A DNA stretch of 64,000 nucleotides from an uncultured Gammaproteobacteria bacterium (GTDB lineage: Bacteria; Patescibacteriota; Microgenomatia; Daviesbacterales; UBA10151). Below are positions 58,020-64,000 of the stretch, piece by piece. The translations under genes and the position numbers were made by a program. The first letter of the stretch is position 1; each line of letters begins with the position of its first letter. The stretch lies in the NCBI GenBank assembly GCA_964504665.1, contig CAZDEH010000003.1:1140-65139 (forward strand). Direction: 5' to 3'. The notes beneath the pieces were generated by a model, which saw only the letters and a program-made list of their open reading frames with translations, was not told the origin of the DNA and did no database searches.

Positions 58020-58496
58020 TTAATATAAACCAAACCTCCAAATAGACCTTTTAATCTTAACTTTTCTCTTATACTGTTCTTTTAACTCTTCCCGGTAACT
58101 TTTAATCCATGCTCTGTAAGCATTAAATAGGTGTACCAAACCCCTAGTTTCCATCTCTTTCTTAATCACTCCTCCTTCATGCGGAAATCTGTGTAACCTT
58201 TGGTGGGGTGAAGAAAAACCATGGGCATAATGACAAAGTTCATGGGCAATTGTATGGTCAACTACCTCCTCTGCAACACTAAGGTCTTTAAACATAGCAG
58301 TAATAGTAATGTATGTTTTACCTGAAGCTGGATCAAGCTTGATTGAACCGAGCCTGAGTTTTGAATAACGACCAAAGCGGATTAAGATTAGGTTCAGTCG
58401 AGGTACATCTTTAAAATAAACTGACCAGAGGAAGTTAAGCCTACCAAACAACCAGGAGTTATCTCGGGTATAAGATGTAGTTGCTAAATTAGGCAT
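58020..58496 (-). CDS. SprT-like zinc metalloprotease
   Basis: TIAHELCH...H motif. Confidence 0.7.
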   Translation of the reverse strand: MPNLATTSYTRDNSWLFGRLNFLWSVYFKDVPRLNLILIRFGRYSKLRLGSIKLDPASGKTYITITAMFKDLSVAEEVVDHTIAHELCHYAHGFSSPHQRLHRFPHEGGVIKKEMETRGLVHLFNAYRAWIKSYREELKEQYKRKVKIKRSIWRFGLY

Positions 58497-58525
58497 TATT
58501 AATTATTGTATGAATTTAAAAATAT

Positions 58526-61150
58526 TTAGTCAACTTCATTAATCAGCCACCAATCAAAAGTAATATCTTTAGATGCATTTTTAGAAGCAGTCACAGTAAA
58601 TTTTTTAGCTTCTTCTTTAGCAGTCACTGCCAACACTGTATCTGTCTCCGTTGTGGGTGTTACCAGAATTCTTGATCTTGTTGAAACTATTAAGTTATCG
58701 ATCTCCACTGATTTTTCACCCAAAGTAATTTTTGCATTACCTGATGTCTTTCCCCCTTTTATTTTAAGTTCAGAAACTTCAGCTGTTTTGGCTTTGACAG
58801 TTCCTGTCTTATCAATAGTAACCATCCCGTTAAAAAAATCTACCAAAGCTGTCAAATCTGATTTTTGAATGAATAGAGTGGGTAAAGCATTGATGGCATT
58901 GCCATCAGTCAGGAAAAGTGTCCCATCTTGAACAATATCACCAGCAGCAATCACAGTACCCACCAGAGTTTCTCCCAAGGATTTTAAAGTTTTGGAAAAT
59001 GTTGCGGTTTCATATGTTAATAAGGAACCTGATAAGGTTGCTTCCATAGGAGGCTCTAGAGTGAGGTTGAGATTGTCTACCGACTGCTGACTTCCCGCTT
59101 CGCCCGTCTTTGACGAGGCTTCGCGAGGCGAGCCGACTTCTGCTAAACCAGCAGAAGGAGTAGCAGAGGAAGAAGCGGATTGTTGTGCTGAAGTACTGGA
59201 CTCCTCGGATGGTGGCAACGACCTGTCCGCCGAAGCCGTGGCGAAGGAAGAAGGAAACTCCTCCGAGGTGAACAGAGTGGCTGAGATGGAAGATTCTAAA
59301 TTATTTAATCTCAAATCTGTATCTTTTAATACTGCTACAATATCAAGAGTGAGGTGATAGCTGCTGCTAACCTCTGTTGCTAACTCCTGGATAGACTTAA
59401 CTAAAACTGGGATCATTCCGATGGTATTTAATGATTTTAACCCTGTTTCACTCTCAGTTGTTACCAGTTTAGGTATAACTTGTTCTACCTCTTGGGCAAT
59501 AAACCCAAGATTTTTAGTAATAGCATCAGATTCTGTTTTCCAGTTATACCAAACAGGCCGAAGAGACATTACAGCATCCAGTCCATAATTTAGATCATCA
59601 ATATTTTTCTTTAAGTTAACATCTGAAGAACAGGAAATTGTTCCTCCTGTAGCCAAAGTACACCCTGTGGTATTCACATCAGTAAATTTAGCTATAGTTG
59701 CTCCTGTGCCTGTGCCTTTTACCTCAAAAGGAGCAGAAGGATTGGTGGTGCCAATTCCTACATTGCCAGTCGAACTGTCGACAGTTAATGAATCACTCCA
59801 CATAGGATTACCTGATGTCCCTATGATCATAGTACTTCCTTGATTACCAGCACTCAGCGCTGAAAATGAAGTAGTTGAGTCAGCAAATAATAAGTCACCA
59901 GCTAAAAAAGAGGATAAACCAGTACCACCATGCTCAGGGCTTAACTCCCCTTGTTTAATAGAGCCTGCATCAACATGACCATCATATGATATAGAAATAC
60001 TATCTTGTATATCAGAATCTATCAAGCAATTATCACAACCACCCCTATCTCTGACAGAAAATAAAGTAGATGTGTCACTAATAACTAAACCATCAACCGC
60101 AATGTCATTACCTCCAATAAGTTTCAAATCTCCACTAAGTCCCCCTAAAGAGCTGACTAAAGCTGGTAATTTTAAACTTATTTTCGGTGTTTGCCCACCG
60201 GAAATAACCACATTATCACCGGCTATTAGACCATAAATAATATTAGGAGCAGTTAATAGTCCCTCCACAATAGTGCTGCCTTTAAGCATAATCTGGTTAA
60301 CAGCATCTGTTGATTCTCCAAGAACCTTGGTATCAGAATTTATTTGTTGACGATTAAAAGTCGAAGATGAAATTTTAACGTTTGTAGATAACTGGCGTAT
60401 TTGATCAGTCATTTCCAAAACTTCATCCATCTCTGTTTGTATACCAGCTACTTTCTGGTTAATAAAATTAGTATTGCTATTAACTTTATCTAACTTATCC
60501 ATAATTTGAAAACCAGTATACAACCCAATAGATACTCCTGCTGACATAATGAAAAGAAAAAGAATGACTGCCAACGAATAATGAATTACGTTTGTTCTGC
60601 TAGATCTATTATTACTATTTTTTGGTTGATCAGGGGAAACAGCTCCGGGAATGTTCATCTCCTCTTGTAGCTTTAAAATTAATTTTTTGGAAAAACGCCT
60701 GGCTCCTCCACTGGCTCTTTGACTGGCAATTAACCCTTTTTTATCCCAGTTCCTAATAGTATCCGGGGAAACCTGAAGTAATCTGGCTGCCTTAGAAACA
60801 GACAAACCGGTAATTAGGGCGTTAACTTGAGTCTTATTTTTAGTATTTAGTTGTTTTTGCATCTCTTCCAATTCAATTAGGTTGTAGCGCCTGGATCCAC
60901 CTTGCGTTCTATCCGGTATCAGCCTTCCTTGTTTTTCCCAATTTCGGAGAGTGTCAGGATTCACTTGTAAAATTTGGGCTGCTTTAGAAATTGGGATGAA
61001 ACTTTTGGCTATCTTTCTCGGCTTACTAGATGGGATACTTACTCTCATCTCAAATAGTCTATTTTGACCTATAATTAAAGAGTTTCCAGCAGCACTTTTT
61101 TCTTCGTGTAGTTCTAGAGTTGGTAATCTTTTAAGTGTTAATTTAGGCAT
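58526..61150 (-). CDS. Tandem MerR-type HTH, TM and tail-fibre-like region with peptidase S74 chaperone domain
   Basis: Two S.AA.LL.V.PDT.RNW...G...GG.RR units, a TM helix, GNVGIGTTNP, SSD..LKKNI...GFIAQEVE...LVKSIQEL. Confidence 0.85.
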   Translation of the reverse strand: MPKLTLKRLPTLELHEEKSAAGNSLIIGQNRLFEMRVSIPSSKPRKIAKSFIPISKAAQILQVNPDTLRNWEKQGRLIPDRTQGGSRRYNLIELEEMQKQLNTKNKTQVNALITGLSVSKAARLLQVSPDTIRNWDKKGLIASQRASGGARRFSKKLILKLQEEMNIPGAVSPDQPKNSNNRSSRTNVIHYSLAVILFLFIMSAGVSIGLYTGFQIMDKLDKVNSNTNFINQKVAGIQTEMDEVLEMTDQIRQLSTNVKISSSTFNRQQINSDTKVLGESTDAVNQIMLKGSTIVEGLLTAPNIIYGLIAGDNVVISGGQTPKISLKLPALVSSLGGLSGDLKLIGGNDIAVDGLVISDTSTLFSVRDRGGCDNCLIDSDIQDSISISYDGHVDAGSIKQGELSPEHGGTGLSSFLAGDLLFADSTTSFSALSAGNQGSTMIIGTSGNPMWSDSLTVDSSTGNVGIGTTNPSAPFEVKGTGTGATIAKFTDVNTTGCTLATGGTISCSSDVNLKKNIDDLNYGLDAVMSLRPVWYNWKTESDAITKNLGFIAQEVEQVIPKLVTTESETGLKSLNTIGMIPVLVKSIQELATEVSSSYHLTLDIVAVLKDTDLRLNNLESSISATLFTSEEFPSSFATASADRSLPPSEESSTSAQQSASSSATPSAGLAEVGSPREASSKTGEAGSQQSVDNLNLTLEPPMEATLSGSLLTYETATFSKTLKSLGETLVGTVIAAGDIVQDGTLFLTDGNAINALPTLFIQKSDLTALVDFFNGMVTIDKTGTVKAKTAEVSELKIKGGKTSGNAKITLGEKSVEIDNLIVSTRSRILVTPTTETDTVLAVTAKEEAKKFTVTASKNASKDITFDWWLINEVD
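59094..59272. repeat. Cluster of four palindromic elements in frame
   Basis: 59094-59134 (family C), 59199-59215, 59222-59250, 59257-59272. Confidence 0.65.
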
Positions 61151-61199
61151 AAAAGTTATGAAAAACTTATGAAAAAGTTAGAAGACTTTTCCTAACTTA
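61151..61199. promoter_or_regulatory. Phased 11-bp direct repeats at the start codon of the MerR-S74 gene
   Basis: AAAAGTTATGA AAAACTTATGA AAAAGTTAGAA. Confidence 0.55.
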
Positions 61200-61609
61200 A
61201 GTGTTATAAATATCTAATACTTTGTCAAGATATCAAAATGACTTATAAGCGTTAGTTAGTCTTTGTAACAGACATCTTTTTCTTTTTATGTTACTCCCTA
61301 TCAGTAAATTTTATGGCTAATCAGAATTATTTTGATAAAACTATTAAGTTAATTAGTTAGTATCTTCAAGAGATTGTAGTCTTACACTTTGTGTATGATA
61401 ATTTTTGACTTATACTATGGTTTACAGTTAATTTTTTAGTTCAAATTGTTCTAAGCAAACTTTGAAACTAGATGATTAGTAAAAAAATCATTCTGTCAGT
61501 GAATTGGGATTAGCAATTTAAATTATTGATTGCTAAGTTTTTAAACAGGTATTTTAGATTGTTAAATCAACCAAATCGTGTTTTGTCTTTTAATCTAAGC
61601 AAAATAACT

Positions 61610-63460
61610 TTAGATAACAATGTTAAATATTTTACCCGGAACGTAAATTATTTTTTTGATAGAGTTTTCTCTAATATATTTGTCAATTTTTGGTAATTTT
61701 AAGACCATTTCTTCAATGATTTTTTTATTATTTACTATATCTTTTTGTATCAAAATGTTTTCCCGTAGTTTACCGTTTATCTGTATAACCAAAATGGTCT
61801 GTTCATCTTCCAGGTATTTTTTATCAAATTCAGGCCAGGGTTGGTTATGGATAGAATACTTATTCCCCATTATCTCCCACAGTTCTTCAGTAATAAACGG
61901 CGCTATTGGAGATAACATAATCAGCAGCTTTTGAATGGTATCTTTGGAGGCTGTTTTTTGTCTGGATAGAAAGTTTAATAGCTCCATTAGACTTGCCACA
62001 ACAGTATTGTATCGCAGGTTTTCAAAATCATTATCAGTTTTTTCGATAGTTTTGTTCAAAATTCTCTTTTCTTCTTCTGTCGCCTCAATATCTTTATAAT
62101 TTTGTACTAAACCCCACACCCTGTTAAGAAAACGATAGGTTCCATTTAAACCGTCATCCCGGAAATCACCCCCACCAGTAAATGGTCCCATAAACATTAG
62201 ATAGGCTCTGAATACATCGGCTCCCCAATCTTTAATGTATTTATCAGGCACAACTACATTACCTTTAGATTTACTCATTTTAGCTCCGTCTTTAATAATT
62301 AAACCGTGAGCCCTAAATTTTGTGAATGGTTCTTCGAAATCAATAAATCCCAGATCCTTAAAAGCCATGGTGATAAACCGCGAGTAAAGCAAGTGAAGAA
62401 CTGAGTGCTCTGCCCCACCAATATACATATCTACAGGCAGCCATTTCTTAGTTCTACTGTCATCAAAAAATTTGTCATCTAAATCCGTGGTTAAATATCT
62501 AAAAAAATATAAAGCTGAGTCAAAAAAATTATCCGATACATCAGTCTCACGCCTGGCTTTTCCCCCACACTTAGGGCAAGTAGTATTAACAAAATCTGGA
62601 TCTGAAGCTAAAGGCCCTAAACCTGTACCCGTAGGCTTAAAATCTTTAACATAAGGCAACTCTACTGGCAAATCTTTTTCCGGCACGGGCTGGGTTCCAC
62701 ACTTATCGCAGTAAATTATTGGAATTGGTGGACCCCAATACCTTTGCCTGGAAATTAACCAATCACGCAGATGATATTGAATTTTAATTGAGCCCAGATG
62801 ATGCTCTACGAGATAGTTTGTTATCTTCTCTCTCGCTTCCGGGGAATTCATACCATTATACTCTCCGCTATTAACAAGTACTCCTTCACCCTCATAAGCT
62901 TCTTCTGATATCTCAGCTTCACAAGGTGTATCCTTGCGAAGCTGAATAACAGTTTGGATGGGTAAATTATATTTCTTAGCAAACTCAAAATCCCTTTGAT
63001 CGTGTGCCGGAACAGCCATAATTGCGCCTGTTCCATAACCCATCAACACATAATCAGCCACCCACACAGGAATGTCTTTCCCAGTGAGAGGATTTTTAAC
63101 AAATGTACCTGTAAAAATACCTGTTTTTTCCTTATCTCCTTGGCGTTCAATATCAGATTTTTCCTTGGCTGCTTGAACATAATCTGAAACTTTGCCTTTC
63201 TGCTCTTTAGTAACTAGTTGATCTATTTTTGGGTATTCCGGACTAATAACCAAGAAAGTTGCTCCAAAAACAGTATCCGGCCTGGTAGTAAACACTTCTA
63301 ATTCGCCGAATTTTATTAAGGCTCCCTCTGATTTTCCTATCCAATTGCGCTGAGCTGTTTTGACTAATTCCGTCCAGTCTAAGGAATCTATATTTAAAAG
63401 CAGTTTTTCTGCATAATCTGTGATCTTTAGAAACCATTGGTCCACTTCTTTTTGAACCAT
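61610..63460 (-). CDS. leuS: Leucine--tRNA ligase, C-terminal part (CP1, KMSKS, anticodon domain)
   Basis: QRNWIGKS, FTTRPDT, GTGAIMAVPAHDQRD, DWLISRQRYWG, KMSKS. Confidence 0.95.
   Translation of the reverse strand: MVQKEVDQWFLKITDYAEKLLLNIDSLDWTELVKTAQRNWIGKSEGALIKFGELEVFTTRPDTVFGATFLVISPEYPKIDQLVTKEQKGKVSDYVQAAKEKSDIERQGDKEKTGIFTGTFVKNPLTGKDIPVWVADYVLMGYGTGAIMAVPAHDQRDFEFAKKYNLPIQTVIQLRKDTPCEAEISEEAYEGEGVLVNSGEYNGMNSPEAREKITNYLVEHHLGSIKIQYHLRDWLISRQRYWGPPIPIIYCDKCGTQPVPEKDLPVELPYVKDFKPTGTGLGPLASDPDFVNTTCPKCGGKARRETDVSDNFFDSALYFFRYLTTDLDDKFFDDSRTKKWLPVDMYIGGAEHSVLHLLYSRFITMAFKDLGFIDFEEPFTKFRAHGLIIKDGAKMSKSKGNVVVPDKYIKDWGADVFRAYLMFMGPFTGGGDFRDDGLNGTYRFLNRVWGLVQNYKDIEATEEEKRILNKTIEKTDNDFENLRYNTVVASLMELLNFLSRQKTASKDTIQKLLIMLSPIAPFITEELWEIMGNKYSIHNQPWPEFDKKYLEDEQTILVIQINGKLRENILIQKDIVNNKKIIEEMVLKLPKIDKYIRENSIKKIIYVPGKIFNIVI
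62913..62945. repeat. REP family A, in frame in leuS
   Basis: TCAGCTTCACAAGG-tgtat-CCTTGCGAAGCTGA, encodes LRKDTPCEA. Confidence 0.85.
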
Positions 63461-64000
63461 TGTTCAAGTTCTTTTTTCGTCACCCGAGAAGAACATCTCT
63501 CACACTCTCCGGAAATAACCTGCTCATCAGCGAGTACTGTCAGACATGATGGACACCAATTTACCTCTGCTCTTTTCCGGTAAGCCAATCCCTTTTTATA
63601 TAGCTGAAGAAAAGCCCACTCCGTCCATTTGTAATAGTTTGATTTATATGTATCGACTGTTTTCTGCCAATCAAAAGCATTCCCAATTAATAAAAACTGC
63701 TCATAAAAATGCTTTTCTGTTCTTTTACTCACCTCCATTGGATGCTCATTTATTTTCATTGCATAATTTTCGCCATGAATTCCAAAACCATCCAGGCCAA
63801 TAGGTTCAAATACATCATACCCTTGTAGCCTTTTAAACCTGGAGTAAACATCTGATCCTGTAAAAGCATACATATTACCTACATGCATACCCTCAGCTGA
63901 AGGATAAGGAAACATCATCAGAGAATAATATGGTTTTTTTGATTCATCTAAATCAGGGCTAAATAGACCATCTTCTTTCCACTTTTTTGCCCATTTAGGT
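63427..64000 (-). CDS. leuS: Leucine--tRNA ligase, N-terminal part (HIGH motif, Zn knuckle; 5' partial)
   Basis: MFPYPS..GMHVGN, VNWCPSC.TVLADEQV...CERC. Frame stays open to the window end. Confidence 0.95.
   Translation of the reverse strand, partial: PKWAKKWKEDGLFSPDLDESKKPYYSLMMFPYPSAEGMHVGNMYAFTGSDVYSRFKRLQGYDVFEPIGLDGFGIHGENYAMKINEHPMEVSKRTEKHFYEQFLLIGNAFDWQKTVDTYKSNYYKWTEWAFLQLYKKGLAYRKRAEVNWCPSCLTVLADEQVISGECERCSSRVTKKELEQWFKKKWTNGF

Noticed and set aside
58526-61150. Prophage inferred from the tail-fibre S74 domain
   Set aside because: No integrase, terminase, capsid or other phage genes. The neighbours are housekeeping genes.
61200-61609. AT-rich intergenic gap as a replication origin
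   Set aside because: No DnaA-box cluster seen, and no dnaA or dnaN nearby.
272-63803. Many short ORFs overlapping or antisense to confident genes (for example 434-766, 11048-11410, 32703-33251, 38121-38528)
   Set aside because: Shadow frames of well-supported genes with no independent motifs.
1-64000. CRISPR array
   Set aside because: No regularly spaced repeat-spacer run and no cas genes. The repeats are dispersed hairpins.

Overview
This is 64 kb of an AT-rich bacterial chromosome using genetic code 11 (TGA, TAA and TAG all end genes). Gene content and architecture look like Patescibacteria/CPR, probably Microgenomates; that is an inference, not a database result. The housekeeping backbone is def, fmt, tgt, rpmB, tRNA-Thr(TGT), tRNA-Thr(GGT), rpmG, tRNA-Trp, secE-nusG-rplK-rplA, rplJ-rplL, mreB, tRNA-Arg, tRNA-Pro, ndk, argS, comEC/comEA and leuS. 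It is interleaved with membrane and surface proteins, two toxin-antitoxin pairs, an HNH nuclease, a defective IS30 and two REP-associated tyrosine transposases (RAYT). Main observations: (1) the palindrome flanking the RAYTs, and several other GC-rich palindrome families, sit in frame inside core genes (fmt, tgt, PBP, glycosyltransferase, argS, leuS, nusG, rplA and one RAYT); (2) a three-gene unit encodes a large ParB/Srx-like protein and two apparently nuclease-dead LAGLIDADG paralogs; (3) leuS is split at a diverged 23-nt tandem duplication; (4) a membrane protein fuses tandem MerR/BldC-type HTHs to a tail-fibre/S74 chaperone region upstream of comEA/comEC; (5) one gene ends in an adenine-depleted DGR-like variable region with no RT or template in the window; (6) an unannotated structured ncRNA (6S-like) lies between a promoter and a terminator. 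No CRISPR array or rRNA was seen. All calls come from manual reading and motif recognition.
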